Source: Bacteroidota bacterium (lineage in GTDB: Bacteria > Bacteroidota > Bacteroidia > 2-12-FULL-35-15). Taken from it: 64,000 nucleotides of DNA. The translations under genes were made by a program, and so were the position numbers. The notes under the pieces were generated by a model. That model was not told the origin of the DNA and did no database searches. It was given only the letters and a program-made list of their open reading frames with translations. This document shows positions 10,371-21,200 of the stretch, in pieces. The stretch is taken from the NCBI GenBank assembly GCA_947476185.1, contig CANJPX010000011.1, forward strand, positions 1,491 through 65,490, given 5' to 3'. How positions within the stretch are numbered: the stretch's first letter is position 1; each line of letters opens with the position of its first letter.

Positions 10371-10397
10371 TCCCCCTTCGAAGGGGCAGGGGGATGA
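10371..10397 (+). repeat. Intergenic copy of the GC-rich hairpin (REP-like) element
   Basis: TCCCCCTTCGAAGGGGCAGGGGGATGA; near-identical to the in-frame leuS copy at 33849-33877. Confidence 0.8.
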
Positions 10398-10407
10398 AGG
10401 CAAATTA

Positions 10408-11310
10408 TTAGTTCAATCCTTTTACAAAACGATATAAATTAAAATCTTTCTTTTTTAATGCTTCTTCGATCTGACTTTTCAGATCAATTTTTGAAACGCC
10501 TTTCATTTTATTATTCTGGATCAAACGGTAAGCCTTTTCAGCCAACAGATATGAGCGTTTTGTATTTATGCCAACCTTATTGTGTTTATCAATTGCTTCC
10601 ACCAATTCATCCACTCCTTCACCTTTTGTCGCAATTCCTTTTATCACCGGGATATTCCAGGAACTTGCCTCCTTCGAATGAACCAACTGAACAATATTTT
10701 TTATAAATGTATTCGCCCCGTCTCTATCCGATTTATTAACAACAAATACATCTGCAATTTCCATGATCCCGGATTTTAGTGCTTGCACATCATCACCTGA
10801 TTCGGGAACTAAAACCAAAACTGTTGTATCCGCTAAACCAACCACTTCCACCTCACTTTGCCCGACACCTACCGTTTCAACAATAATATAATCAAAGGCA
10901 AAAGCACGCATCACATCAACGATCTCAATTGTTTTTGCCGACAAGCCACCCAAGGAACCCCGCGTAGCTAATGAACGGATAAATACTTTTTCATTTGTAA
11001 AATGTTCTGCCATCCGCAATCTGTCACCTAACAAAGAACCATAATTAAAAGGAGATGTCGGATCTATGGCGATAACGCCAACCGATTTTTTTTCATCCGT
11101 CAGCTTTTTTATAACAGCATTGATCAACGTACTCTTTCCGGCTCCGGGAGGACCAGTAATACCAACTACAGGAATATTCAAATCAAATTTAATAGATGTT
11201 AAAATTTCTTCGTAGCCTTCTAACTCATTTTCAACTATGGTGATACATCGCGCCAAAGCTTTTTTATCGCCTTTTTGCAATTGCTGAATGAGTGTTTGAA
11301 TAGTTGACAT
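10408..11310 (-). CDS. meaB: Methylmalonyl-CoA mutase-associated GTPase MeaB
   Basis: GITGPPGAGKST, IDPTSP, LLGDRLRM, ETVGVGQSE, VVNKSD. Confidence 0.93.
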   Translation of the reverse strand: MSTIQTLIQQLQKGDKKALARCITIVENELEGYEEILTSIKFDLNIPVVGITGPPGAGKSTLINAVIKKLTDEKKSVGVIAIDPTSPFNYGSLLGDRLRMAEHFTNEKVFIRSLATRGSLGGLSAKTIEIVDVMRAFAFDYIIVETVGVGQSEVEVVGLADTTVLVLVPESGDDVQALKSGIMEIADVFVVNKSDRDGANTFIKNIVQLVHSKEASSWNIPVIKGIATKGEGVDELVEAIDKHNKVGINTKRSYLLAEKAYRLIQNNKMKGVSKIDLKSQIEEALKKKDFNLYRFVKGLN

Positions 11311-11472
11311 TGGTATACAAATATAGTGTATAAAAATGAAAAAATAAATTTCATACTGATACTTTGTAGCAGCCTGTTATCTAACAAGAAATACAGAGCA
11401 CAGCGTTATAAAATCAATATTTCGATGTGTTTAAAATTGTGTTACTTTTGTATATCAATAACAAAGAAACAA

Positions 11473-12222
11473 ATGCCACAACTTTCGGTTGTCATCATTA
11501 CTTTTAATGAGGAAAAAAATATCGGACGCTGTCTTGAATCTATTCAGGATATTGCTGATGATGTGGTGGTAGTAGATTCTTTCTCAACAGATACAACAGA
11601 AAGTATCTGCAAAAAATACAATGTCAACTTTATTCAACATAAATGGGAAGGATATTCTGACACCAAGAATTTTGCAAATGCTCAGGCTAAATTTGATTGG
11701 GTATTATCGCTGGATGCCGATGAAGCATTATCTGAAGACTTAAAAAGATCGATCTTAAAAATAAAAGAAGAAAAGGAATTAAAGACCTGCAAGTTTAATC
11801 GCCTCACCAACTATTGCGGCTCTTGGATCAAACATTGCGGATGGTATCCCGATACAAAGACCAGGATCTTCGACAGAAGGATCACCAAATGGGAAGGCTT
11901 GATCCACGAAAAATTAGTGATCGATTCGAAGCAGGAAGCTTTATTGCTAAATGGCGATTGTCTGCACTATAGTTATGCAACAACAGACCAACACCTTCTG
12001 CAAACAGAAAAATTTACAACCCTTTCCGCAAAGGACCTTTTCAGCAAGGGAAAAAAATCTGATTTTATAAAGTTATATTTTAGTCCGGTTATAAAATTTA
12101 TCAGGAGTTACATATTTCAATTAGGAATTCTTGATGGTTACCATGGATTTTTAGTATGCAAAATATCTGCTTATTCAACCTTCTTAAAATATTATAAATT
12201 ACATCAATTGCACAAAAAATGA
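11473..12222 (+). CDS. Glycosyltransferase family 2 (WaaE/KdtX-like)
   Basis: LSVVIITFNEE, VVDSFSTD, LDADE, GWYPD, IHE; start placed at ATG 11473. Confidence 0.9.
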   Translation: MPQLSVVIITFNEEKNIGRCLESIQDIADDVVVVDSFSTDTTESICKKYNVNFIQHKWEGYSDTKNFANAQAKFDWVLSLDADEALSEDLKRSILKIKEEKELKTCKFNRLTNYCGSWIKHCGWYPDTKTRIFDRRITKWEGLIHEKLVIDSKQEALLLNGDCLHYSYATTDQHLLQTEKFTTLSAKDLFSKGKKSDFIKLYFSPVIKFIRSYIFQLGILDGYHGFLVCKISAYSTFLKYYKLHQLHKK

Positions 12223-13265
12223 AACGTGTATTTATAGAAATGGAGAAGCTCAAAAATCCTAATAGTGGTTTAGGGCAGTTCTGTATTAACCTTGGAAAGG
12301 GCTATCAGAAATTAGACCCTAAAGATCTGTTACTTGATTTTTATTTACCTTATAATCAGAAAAATATTTTTGGAGATAAATTCAATTATATAAAACAATC
12401 ATCCTTACACAAATTTTTACCAATCGACAGCAGCAAATATGATGTTTGGCATTGCCTGCAACAAGACTCCTACTTCCTACCTAACAATAAAAAAACAAAA
12501 CTTCTTTTAACGATCCACGATTTAAATTTTTTAGAAAACTACAAAGGAAAAAAACAAAAACGGAAATTAATCAGTCTTCAAAAAAGGATCGACAAAGCAA
12601 ATGCTATAACGGTTATCTCAAAGTTTACAGAAACAATCGTCAGGGAAAATCTGAAACTAAATGAAACACCAGTTCATGTAATATATAACGGAAATTCGTT
12701 GATAATAAATGAGAATACGTCCAAGCCGGAGTTTATCACATTTTCTGATTTTATTTTTTCAATTGGAATAATTTCACCGAAAAAGAATTTCCATACATTG
12801 CTTCCGATATTGCAGAAAAACAAACAAATTCATTTGGTTATTGCAGGTGACAAAAGCTCCGAATATTCAAAACAAATTCTTTCCTCCGCAGAAAAAACAG
12901 GTGTCTCAAAACAACTGCATTTTCCTGGAATAATTAATGATGATGAAAAATATTGGTTATTCAAAAACTGTAAGGCGTTTGTCTTCCCTTCCTTAAGGGA
13001 GGGGTTCGGACTGCCAGTTGTTGAAGCCATGAGTCTGGGGAAACCCGTCTTTCTTTCTAACCTGACAAGTTTGCCTGAAATAGGAGGTGCAGAAGCATTC
13101 TATTGGCACAATTTTGAACCCCAGCATATTGTTGACGTTTTTGAAAAAGGAATGAAAGATTTTGTACTTGACAAAGGAAAGCCTGAACGTTCAATCAATT
13201 GGGCAAAACAATTTTCATGGGAAAATGCAGCTAAGGCATATCTCCATCTATACGAAACCTTATGA
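12219..13265 (+). CDS. Glycosyltransferase family 4
   Basis: TIHDL, KKN, FVFPSLREGFGLPVVEAM, FSWE. Confidence 0.92.
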   Translation: MKRVFIEMEKLKNPNSGLGQFCINLGKGYQKLDPKDLLLDFYLPYNQKNIFGDKFNYIKQSSLHKFLPIDSSKYDVWHCLQQDSYFLPNNKKTKLLLTIHDLNFLENYKGKKQKRKLISLQKRIDKANAITVISKFTETIVRENLKLNETPVHVIYNGNSLIINENTSKPEFITFSDFIFSIGIISPKKNFHTLLPILQKNKQIHLVIAGDKSSEYSKQILSSAEKTGVSKQLHFPGIINDDEKYWLFKNCKAFVFPSLREGFGLPVVEAMSLGKPVFLSNLTSLPEIGGAEAFYWHNFEPQHIVDVFEKGMKDFVLDKGKPERSINWAKQFSWENAAKAYLHLYETL

Positions 13266-14347
13266 TAAAAATAGGAATAGAAGCAACTACATTATGTACA
13301 CCGAATAAATCGGGTATAGCACAATATGCTGCAAGTTTGCTCGAAGCATTATCAGATGATAAAGAATTTAAAGAAAATTATGAAATAGAATTACTATATA
13401 AATTATCACGTTTTAAAAAAAGAAAATATTGCTATAATACAAGCAAATATCCTCCAAAATGGCATTTCAAAGGGCTTCTTCCCTTAATAAAAAACTATCA
13501 AATTGTTCATTCGCTTGACAACATATTTTTAGACTTTAGGAAGGTGAAAAAAATTGTAAGTGTTTATGATCTGGCCATTTTCAAAGAAGAAAATAATTTT
13601 GAAGGGTATACGGATGAGGCATTCAAAAATAAAACTTATAGTTTTTTAAAAAATGTAACTAAAAAGGCAGATGCGATAATTGCGATTAGCGAAAGCACAA
13701 AAAAAGATCTTCTGCATTATTTTAATTTTCCTGAAGAAAAGGTATTTGTAACTCATTTAGGGGTGCGCCTTCCAAAAATATTTGAATCCAATTCCGGTAT
13801 TTTAGAAAAACACAGTTTAGAGACAAAAAAATATTTTTTGTTTGCCGGAATGATCTCTATTCGAAAAAACTTACTGAATCTTATAAAGGCATATAAAGAA
13901 TCCGGTATGCATAAAGAATATAAACTTGTACTATCAGGCGGAGCAAGTATGGGTTATGACACGATTATAGCTGAAGTAAAAAAAGCCGGACTTGAAAAAA
14001 ATGTGCTATTTCCAGGATTTGTTTCTGACAACGAATTAAGTGACCTATTTATCAATGCAAAAGCATTTTTATTCCCCACCTTTTACGAAGGGTTTGGAAT
14101 GCCTATAATAGAGGCAATGCATTATAATGTTCCAGTATTGATCGGAGATAGAGGAGCCGCACCGGAAGTGGCAGATAATCATGCAATACTTTCTAATCCA
14201 TTTGATGTCGATTCGATTGCTGATGGAATAAAAAAAGTAGCTACAATGAATGACCTTTCTATTTCAAATGCAGCCAATCATGCAGCAAAATTTACCTGGG
14301 AAAAGTGCGCCAAAGAGACAATGGCTGTTTATAATAAAATACGTTAG
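13262..14347 (+). CDS. Glycosyltransferase family 4
   Basis: RKNL, FLFPTFYEGFGMPIIEAM, FTWEKCA. Confidence 0.92.
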   Translation: MIKIGIEATTLCTPNKSGIAQYAASLLEALSDDKEFKENYEIELLYKLSRFKKRKYCYNTSKYPPKWHFKGLLPLIKNYQIVHSLDNIFLDFRKVKKIVSVYDLAIFKEENNFEGYTDEAFKNKTYSFLKNVTKKADAIIAISESTKKDLLHYFNFPEEKVFVTHLGVRLPKIFESNSGILEKHSLETKKYFLFAGMISIRKNLLNLIKAYKESGMHKEYKLVLSGGASMGYDTIIAEVKKAGLEKNVLFPGFVSDNELSDLFINAKAFLFPTFYEGFGMPIIEAMHYNVPVLIGDRGAAPEVADNHAILSNPFDVDSIADGIKKVATMNDLSISNAANHAAKFTWEKCAKETMAVYNKIR

Positions 14348-14407
14348 TCAAATGGATATTTTCCTGAGCAAAATAGGTACGCAGCATTTATGTAAATGCT
14401 TCAAATA

Positions 14408-15979
14408 TTATGTTTCTGACTTTCTGAAAATAAAAAGGAAAAAAGAATTGAAGAATGCGAAAAATGTCACTCCGGCTTGGGTTTCGAGAGTATCCTCTGT
14501 TAAAAAGGAAACCAGAGCAATAATTAAAAAAGTACAATATAAATAGTCTACATTTTTTTCGAGCAAAAACATCGGATAAAAAAGTGTGATCAAAAACCAG
14601 ATCAATCCAACAATTCCAAAGGCAACAGTGATGGACAAATATTGATTGTGTGAACGCAATCTCCACTCTTTTAAAAGTGGCGAATCCATCTCAACATACT
14701 GTTGATCGAATGCAATTTGAATATCACCTGTGCCTACACCAAAAATAAAATTTTCTTTTATAATTCCAAATGCCGCCTTCCAAAATTCAAACCGTTGTGT
14801 AAGTGAATGTCCGTTAGGATCACCCGTTTTATTATAAAGATCTAACTCCCATGCGATCTGATGTAAGCGTCCATTTAAACTGGAAAGGCCCTGATAACTT
14901 ACATTTACTATACCACGTTCAACAGCCTTGATTTCTGCATCCGTCAGAGTATTGATAGCATCTGCATCTTTTCTTAATCCTTTTGAGGCAAGGAAACGAA
15001 CCAGCGTAAAATGAATATTATTTCCCTTCAGATCCTTTTCATCAAATTTAATTTTACTTCTTTTGCTCCAGGCTTCTTCCAATTCTTTATTACAGAAATA
15101 GATCCAAATGTAATGTCCGTTTTCGGTCAACTTACTGTTTAAATCATGTTCGTAGGCTTTTCCACGAGAAGTAGTTTTTTCAAGTTTTGAAAAATCAATT
15201 TTTTCAGGTTCAACAATTCCATTATTTATCTGCATCAGAAAATAGGAGATCAAAATTCCGATCAAAAAGACAATGAATAAACTTGAATATTTTATGAGTT
15301 TACTTTCCGATGTAAAAACAGCATAGGCAGCTATCACAAGAATAGCCATTGAGAGCGCAGCAAGACCGGTTATGGAATCTACTAAAAATAAAAAATATAT
15401 CAGCCAAATTCCGATCGCTACCCACACTAATTTTATTCCTTTTTGAGTAGCATTATAAAAGAAATAACCTGAAATAAATATCGCGACACATATCAGTAAA
15501 GCAAACCGAATGTGCGAAATAAAAATAGAAACACTACGGATATCTACTATTTCACGGTGAATGCCACCTGCCAAGATCAGCACACTGATAAATGTTCCAC
15601 TAATAATAGCGCCAACAAAAAATTTCATAATGGTGTCTGTAATTTTTTGTGATATCGGTTTTGATGTAGATAAAATAAGTGGCAAGATCAGAAGCGGTGC
15701 TTTTATCCGGATGTCTTTAAAAGCGTAATCAAAATCGGTTGTATATAATAAACCTAGTATATGCAACAAGAGCAGGGAGCTAACAATAAGGGCGGCTTTA
15801 TTATTTTTAAAAGCGATGAGCTTATTTTTTAATCCTCCTTCAAGTGCCCAATTACAGAATAAAATTATCTGGGAGGCACTCATTAAAAATTTTGAAAGAG
15901 GCATCCCTACCACCAAAAGAACTAAGGCGAATACATAAACATATGAATGATACTTTTCAGGGAGTAGCGATTTTCTCAT
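14408..15979 (-). CDS. O-antigen ligase-family membrane protein
   Basis: Multiple TM helices; R..FWK..., FGVGTGD, HNQYL...GIVG (Wzy_C-like); start placed at ATG 15979. Confidence 0.85.
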   Translation of the reverse strand: MRKSLLPEKYHSYVYVFALVLLVVGMPLSKFLMSASQIILFCNWALEGGLKNKLIAFKNNKAALIVSSLLLLHILGLLYTTDFDYAFKDIRIKAPLLILPLILSTSKPISQKITDTIMKFFVGAIISGTFISVLILAGGIHREIVDIRSVSIFISHIRFALLICVAIFISGYFFYNATQKGIKLVWVAIGIWLIYFLFLVDSITGLAALSMAILVIAAYAVFTSESKLIKYSSLFIVFLIGILISYFLMQINNGIVEPEKIDFSKLEKTTSRGKAYEHDLNSKLTENGHYIWIYFCNKELEEAWSKRSKIKFDEKDLKGNNIHFTLVRFLASKGLRKDADAINTLTDAEIKAVERGIVNVSYQGLSSLNGRLHQIAWELDLYNKTGDPNGHSLTQRFEFWKAAFGIIKENFIFGVGTGDIQIAFDQQYVEMDSPLLKEWRLRSHNQYLSITVAFGIVGLIWFLITLFYPMFLLEKNVDYLYCTFLIIALVSFLTEDTLETQAGVTFFAFFNSFFLFIFRKSET

Positions 15980-16076
15980 ATTTAAATTCAACGTAAACCC
16001 TTCAAATAAATTGCATGAAAACAATAAAAAAACACCCATTAAAAAATGAATGTTCTTCTATGAAATTTGTCTTGGA

Positions 16077-17846
16077 CTAATTCTCTTTTGGCTTCTTGCT
16101 ATCCTTTAATTTATCTGCATTGTAAAGAGGTTTATCGGCCTTTCCAATGGTGGTTAATATTTTAGTATACTTTTCAGAATCGTTCAATAAGGCGAATGCT
16201 TCTTCCACCTCTTTATCATCTTTTAAAGAAGCCTCCAATCGGCCATTTTGAAAATAATAACGTGAAGCGATCTCTTCTTCTAAAAATTGTTTAATCTCCG
16301 CTTTATATTTTACAAGGTCCTCTTTTTTATTATGCATGATCTTGTTTTTCAATGCGTCAATATCTGGCCCAATAAGATCTATCGACTTATCTGCCTTTGC
16401 ATCATTCCTAAACTCTTCTAAAGCTTTTTCAGTTTTTGTAGTATAATCATACTCCTTATTTGCTAGAAATGCTGAAAACTGATCGTACTCCGCATCTGTT
16501 ATTTTAAATTCTTTAGCAGGAGCTATCGTTGCATGTGCAATACGATATTTTGTTGCATAATCAAAAATCAGATTTTTTGTGATGAGGCTTCCCAAAATAC
16601 CACTGAATTTCTGTGGTTCAACAGTAATATCAGGCGCAATTCCTCCGCCATCATAAACGATTCTTCCGCCTTTTGTTTTAAATGCCGTAATTAATGAATC
16701 GGGAACTTTGTCTACACTTCCATCTTCATTACGATGTGAATAATCCAAAGCCTGGATGCATCTTCCGCTAGGAGTATAATATTTTGCTACAGTAACTTTT
16801 AACTGTGCATTATAACTTAGCGGTCGTGTTTGTTGAACAAGCCCTTTCCCATAAGAACGCTGACCGATCACAACTCCTCTATCCAGATCCTGCAACGAAC
16901 CGGATACAATTTCGGAAGCAGACGCAGAACCTCTGTCAACTAAAACCGCAATTGGAATAGCAATATCTATCGGGGAATTATTCCCTTTGTAAACTTTATC
17001 CCAATCTTTTACTTTACCTCTTGTGCTTACAATTTCAGTCCCTTTTTCTTCAAATAGATTTACTATTTCAATCGCCTCTTTAAGCAGTCCGCCAGGATTT
17101 CCACGCAAATCGAATATCAAAGATTTCAGCTCCGGATTCTTCTTCAATTCCAATAAAGCACTTTTTACCTCACCTGCAGCATTTTCTGTAAATCCGGTAA
17201 GTTTAATATAACCGATATTTTTTGTGATCATTCCGGAATAAGGAACACTTTTGATCTTGATCTCTTCCCGATTGATCGTTTTTTCAATAGGCTTATCTTC
17301 GCCTTCACGCTCTATCAATAATTTTATAATGGTGCTTGCTTGTCCTTTCAGATATTTACTGATGTCATCTGTTTTCTTTCCCTTTACATCAATATCATTC
17401 ACTTTTAAAATTTTATCTCCGGCTCTGAGATCCGCCTTTTGTGCAGGAAATCCTTCATATGGTTCGGAAATTATCACGTAATCGCCTTGCTGACGAACAA
17501 GCGCACCAATGCCACCATACTGTCCTGTGGTCATATATCGATAATCTTCTATTTCTGATTCCGGGATAAAATTTGTGTAAGGATCCAATGACGACAACAT
17601 ATTATCAATCCCCTTTTTCATCAGGTCACCGGGATTTGTTTCATCGACATAATAGATATTCAATTCACGAAAGAGCGTAGCAAAAATGTCGAGGTTCTTG
17701 GATACTTCAAAATAGTTATCTACAAAGCTGTAGGAAATCATTGCGTATCCAGCAAAAACAATCGCAATAAATAACAATTTAAATTTTTTGAAAAACACTT
17801 TCATACCTTCTATCTTAAATATTTTACTCACTAACCTTTTGATCAA
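16077..17846 (-). CDS. S41 family C-terminal processing protease (CtpA/Prc-like)
   Basis: LDPYT, PDZ domain, DLRGNPGG, SASASEIV, SYGKGLVQ; start may be about 14 codons downstream. Confidence 0.93.
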   Translation of the reverse strand: MIKRLVSKIFKIEGMKVFFKKFKLLFIAIVFAGYAMISYSFVDNYFEVSKNLDIFATLFRELNIYYVDETNPGDLMKKGIDNMLSSLDPYTNFIPESEIEDYRYMTTGQYGGIGALVRQQGDYVIISEPYEGFPAQKADLRAGDKILKVNDIDVKGKKTDDISKYLKGQASTIIKLLIEREGEDKPIEKTINREEIKIKSVPYSGMITKNIGYIKLTGFTENAAGEVKSALLELKKNPELKSLIFDLRGNPGGLLKEAIEIVNLFEEKGTEIVSTRGKVKDWDKVYKGNNSPIDIAIPIAVLVDRGSASASEIVSGSLQDLDRGVVIGQRSYGKGLVQQTRPLSYNAQLKVTVAKYYTPSGRCIQALDYSHRNEDGSVDKVPDSLITAFKTKGGRIVYDGGGIAPDITVEPQKFSGILGSLITKNLIFDYATKYRIAHATIAPAKEFKITDAEYDQFSAFLANKEYDYTTKTEKALEEFRNDAKADKSIDLIGPDIDALKNKIMHNKKEDLVKYKAEIKQFLEEEIASRYYFQNGRLEASLKDDKEVEEAFALLNDSEKYTKILTTIGKADKPLYNADKLKDSKKPKEN

Positions 17847-17852
17847 AACTAA

Positions 17853-18083
17853 CTATGGCACAGGATCATGACCGTGACTGCCCCAAGGGTGACATTTTGA
17901 AATACGTTTTATCGTTAACACAAACCCTTTGATTGCTCCATGCTTTTTAAATGCTTCTACTCCATACTGCGAACACGATGGCTCAAATCTACATGCAGGA
18001 CCAAATAACGGTGAAATCGTATATTGGTACACTTTTATCAGACCGATAAATAAATAACTAATTGGAATACTAATCAATTTCAT
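17853..18083 (-). CDS. yidD: Membrane protein insertion efficiency factor
   Basis: [24 protein letters not shown]...DPVP. Confidence 0.95.
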   Translation of the reverse strand: MKLISIPISYLFIGLIKVYQYTISPLFGPACRFEPSCSQYGVEAFKKHGAIKGFVLTIKRISKCHPWGSHGHDPVP

Positions 18084-18460
18084 TTTAATTCGGTGACCAG
18101 TGTCTTACCTAAACGATTTAATGCTTCAATTGTTTTTTGTTCTAACTCTTTGAATTCCAACTTTGCTTTTGCTGTATAGATCAGAATCAGCACTATTTTT
18201 TTTTCTCCTAAGACATCATATAGATTTTGCTTTTCCTTTCGATAAATCTCTCTGATCTGACGTTTTAGTTTATTTCGATCAACCGCTTTTTTAAAAGAAC
18301 GTTTCGGAACACTGATAACTACTCGAATGGGTGCCGGACTTTCTGCAATCTCCAACCAACTGATTCGAACAGGAGAATGGTGAAAGGATTTGCCACTCTC
18401 AAACAACCGATCAATTAATATCTTGCTGCATAAACGCTCGTTTTTTGAAAAAGTTTGCAT
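18080..18460 (-). CDS. rnpA: Ribonuclease P protein component
   Basis: [30 protein letters not shown] (RNR-type motif). Confidence 0.93.
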   Translation of the reverse strand: MQTFSKNERLCSKILIDRLFESGKSFHHSPVRISWLEIAESPAPIRVVISVPKRSFKKAVDRNKLKRQIREIYRKEKQNLYDVLGEKKIVLILIYTAKAKLEFKELEQKTIEALNRLGKTLVTELK

Positions 18461-18551
18461 TTCAAGTATAAAAGTAAAATTAAAAAAACATTGTCACAAC
18501 ACAATTGTGACCGGAGTACTTAAGAAATGTTAAACGGTGTAAAATGCCTGA

Positions 18552-19301
18552 TTATTTTGCCTTATTTGCTGCAGTAATATATTGCTCCAAAGCCATTGTC
18601 ATTGAAGGCGCTTTCGGGTTAGGTGCGTGAATATCCAGATTTAATCCTGCTTCTTTCACCGCTTTAGCAGTGGTAGGGCCAAAACAAGCAATGCGGGTCT
18701 TATTTTGTTTGAATTTCGGGAAATTTTTGAATAACGATCTGATCCCGGCTGGAGTGAAAAACACCAAAATATCGTAATTTACATTTGCAAGATCGCTCAA
18801 ATCGCTTGCAACAGTACGAAACATCACAGCTTTAGTATATTTTATCTTTGCCTCGTCCAATTTATCTGCAATTTCTTCTTTGGCAATATCTGAGCAGGGT
18901 AATAAAAAATTTTCTTGTTTATGCTTTTTAATCACCTCCATCAGGTCTGTCACAGTTTGTTTTCCGTGGAAGATCTTCCGTTTACGATACAAAACATACT
19001 TCTGAAGATAAAATGCTGTTGATTCTGAAACACAGAAATATTTCATCGTTTCAGGCACCGTAACGCGCATTTCCTGGCACATCCTGAAATAATGATCAAC
19101 TGCATTTCTACTGGTCATGATAACGGCAGTATGTTCTGAAATATTAACCTTATCTTTTCTGAAATCTTGAGCAGAAACACCTTCTATCTGAATAAATTGG
19201 CGAAAGTCTATTTTGACATTGCACTTTTTTGCAAGGTCATAATACGGTGATTTTTCCCCTTCAGGCTTAGGCTGAGAAACAAGTAAAGTTTTTACTTTCA
19301 A
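18552..19301 (-). CDS. hemD: Uroporphyrinogen-III synthase (Bacteroidota type)
   Basis: LVSQPKP, TSRNAVDH, YDILVFFTPAGI; typical DUF4271-hemD-rnpA-yidD-S41 synteny; TTG start. Confidence 0.85.
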   Translation of the reverse strand: MKVKTLLVSQPKPEGEKSPYYDLAKKCNVKIDFRQFIQIEGVSAQDFRKDKVNISEHTAVIMTSRNAVDHYFRMCQEMRVTVPETMKYFCVSESTAFYLQKYVLYRKRKIFHGKQTVTDLMEVIKKHKQENFLLPCSDIAKEEIADKLDEAKIKYTKAVMFRTVASDLSDLANVNYDILVFFTPAGIRSLFKNFPKFKQNKTRIACFGPTTAKAVKEAGLNLDIHAPNPKAPSMTMALEQYITAANKAK

Positions 19302-19351
19302 TTGTGTTGCTTTTAGGTGAAATAATATAAAATTCTACTTTTCGCAAAGGG

Positions 19352-20143
19352 CTATTTTACATTTTGAAAAAATAACTTAACCATAATTACAAAGGGCAGT
19401 ATTTCAAAGGTGCAAAGATACAAAAATAAATAGAATCTGGAAACACTATTACTGTTTATACCAATTATCACACCCCGTAACAGTCTAATACAAAGGAATA
19501 AGGCGGAAACGCCAAAGCCACTATAGATGAAAATAAGGGGAGAAACATCCTTTACAAAAGCCAAACAAACAACGATCGGTAGCAAAAACAAGCCAAGAGT
19601 ATTACAAAAAAGGAAGATCATCATAGCATAATCTCCCGCCTCTTTCTGTTTTTGGAAAATATAGCCAAAGATCCTTATCACCATCATCTTTATGCCATAT
19701 ATGAAGCAAATTATAAGTGAAATCTCAAAATAAAGAATCGCTCTATTGACATTAAAAAAATAGGAATAATGATCCGCAACCTGAACAATAAACAATGTAC
19801 CGGTAATAACAAATAAAAGAGATAAAAAAACAGACACTCTGTTTCCAAGAGAGATCTCATCCCTTCCCAACTGATTAGAATGCCTGCTTATATAAAACGC
19901 TTTTATAACCTGACTCAACCTTTTTCTGTTGGAAGCGAAAAGCCAAACGAATAAAATAAAAGCTAACAGCAGAACAGCAGCCACACCATAATCGTATTTT
20001 GTATAATGCAGTTGCAGCTCATCTGTCTTTTTCGTTAAAAGATTATCCTTAAACAATGACGTTGTATGAAGGGTGTCTATTACAGGCACCTTTGAAGTAA
20101 TATTATTGGAAGAAGATGTAATATTATTTGATTGAGTTAACAA
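19352..20143 (-). CDS. DUF4271-like membrane protein
   Basis: About six TM helices, C-terminal YLFLYLCTFEILP; lies upstream of hemD. Confidence 0.8.
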   Translation of the reverse strand: MLTQSNNITSSSNNITSKVPVIDTLHTTSLFKDNLLTKKTDELQLHYTKYDYGVAAVLLLAFILFVWLFASNRKRLSQVIKAFYISRHSNQLGRDEISLGNRVSVFLSLLFVITGTLFIVQVADHYSYFFNVNRAILYFEISLIICFIYGIKMMVIRIFGYIFQKQKEAGDYAMMIFLFCNTLGLFLLPIVVCLAFVKDVSPLIFIYSGFGVSALFLCIRLLRGVIIGINSNSVSRFYLFLYLCTFEILPFVIMVKLFFQNVK

Positions 20144-20175
20144 AGCACAACAAAGTTAATGATTTCCATACAAAT

Positions 20176-20204
20176 AAAAAGAGGTCATCCTGTTGAATGA
20201 CCTC
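20176..20204 (-). terminator. Intrinsic terminator
   Basis: GAGGTCAT / ATGACCTC stem followed on the minus strand by a U-run. Confidence 0.65.
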
Positions 20205-20223
20205 ATTATTTATGTGTGAACCC

Positions 20224-21198
20224 TTATTTATGCTTTTTCCGCCCCCCGATATTGAATACGCGGGAAACGTTGAATCCAAATTTATATCCTCCTTTTAACC
20301 AGTTGTCGGTAGTATATGGAATAAAATTATTTTCTACAATTCCGGAGGCATTCGTGAAATTAAGATGAAAAACGTGGCCGCCGGTTTCTACTTCAAATCC
20401 AACAGCTAAAGGATTGTAAAATGGATTAACGGGGTTGTTTTTTCTGTAATCAGAAAAAGTATAAAAATAATCAGCAATAAATGCAAAACGCTTGGTGAAT
20501 TTGAAGCGGAAGCCAATCCCCATGGACATAAGATCATTCGTTTCCACTTTTCCATTGTCCGAATTAATAGTTGCTAAAATAAAATTGCGGTGCTGATAAG
20601 TTGGGATTAATTGCATTGAAAAGCGCCAACCGAATTTGCGGGCGATCAACAATTGTGTGGTGTAGGAAAAACGATGAATATCGTTTTGTTTAAATGTAGA
20701 ATCGGCTGCCATTCCACTATAAAATTGATTCGCAAGTTGAGGAGTGTAGCCCATATCAGCATAAATTGCTAATGAAATAGGAATATGATTATCCAATGTT
20801 TGAGTAAGCATTCTATACTTCACAAAACCATCGACCAACTCTCTTTGTTTGCTTCTCCCGATTCCGATTGTCAGATCATTGGTGATTCCAAAATCAAAAC
20901 CAAATCTTACATCAGTAACTCCATCCAACCCGTATAAGGTATGTCCGCCACCATTACTCGCAGTTCCCATATTTCCAAAACGGTGAGTGATACTAAAATC
21001 ATATGTATTAGCTTTAACAGTTTCTGTTGATTGGGCATTTATTATTTTCGACCCTTTGAAAGTTGCCATTACTTTTTCATGTGTCTTTTTGCCACCGATA
21101 GAGTCTAACAATCCAAGCATGTCGTCTTGTGCGAAAATACCAAAGGATAGCGTAACAAACGCTACCGTTACATTTAATCTTTTAAAGCTAATTTTCAT
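20224..21198 (-). CDS. DUF5777-like outer-membrane beta-barrel protein
   Basis: ATFKGSKIINAQS, ITHRFG, ETGGHVFHLNFTN, FGFNVSRVF. Confidence 0.85.
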   Translation of the reverse strand: MKISFKRLNVTVAFVTLSFGIFAQDDMLGLLDSIGGKKTHEKVMATFKGSKIINAQSTETVKANTYDFSITHRFGNMGTASNGGGHTLYGLDGVTDVRFGFDFGITNDLTIGIGRSKQRELVDGFVKYRMLTQTLDNHIPISLAIYADMGYTPQLANQFYSGMAADSTFKQNDIHRFSYTTQLLIARKFGWRFSMQLIPTYQHRNFILATINSDNGKVETNDLMSMGIGFRFKFTKRFAFIADYFYTFSDYRKNNPVNPFYNPLAVGFEVETGGHVFHLNFTNASGIVENNFIPYTTDNWLKGGYKFGFNVSRVFNIGGRKKHK

Positions 21199-21200
21199 AA

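Noticed and set aside
12986-13004. CCCTTCCTTAAGGGAGGGG palindrome resembling the leuS hairpin
   Set aside because: It encodes the canonical GT4 motif PSLREGFG with no extra residues and lacks the TGAGG-type tail, so it is coincidental.
20097-20128. 21-nt-period duplication (SNNITSS-SNNITSK) at the DUF4271 N-terminus
   Set aside because: Two copies in a low-complexity N-terminal tail; most simply a local slippage event.
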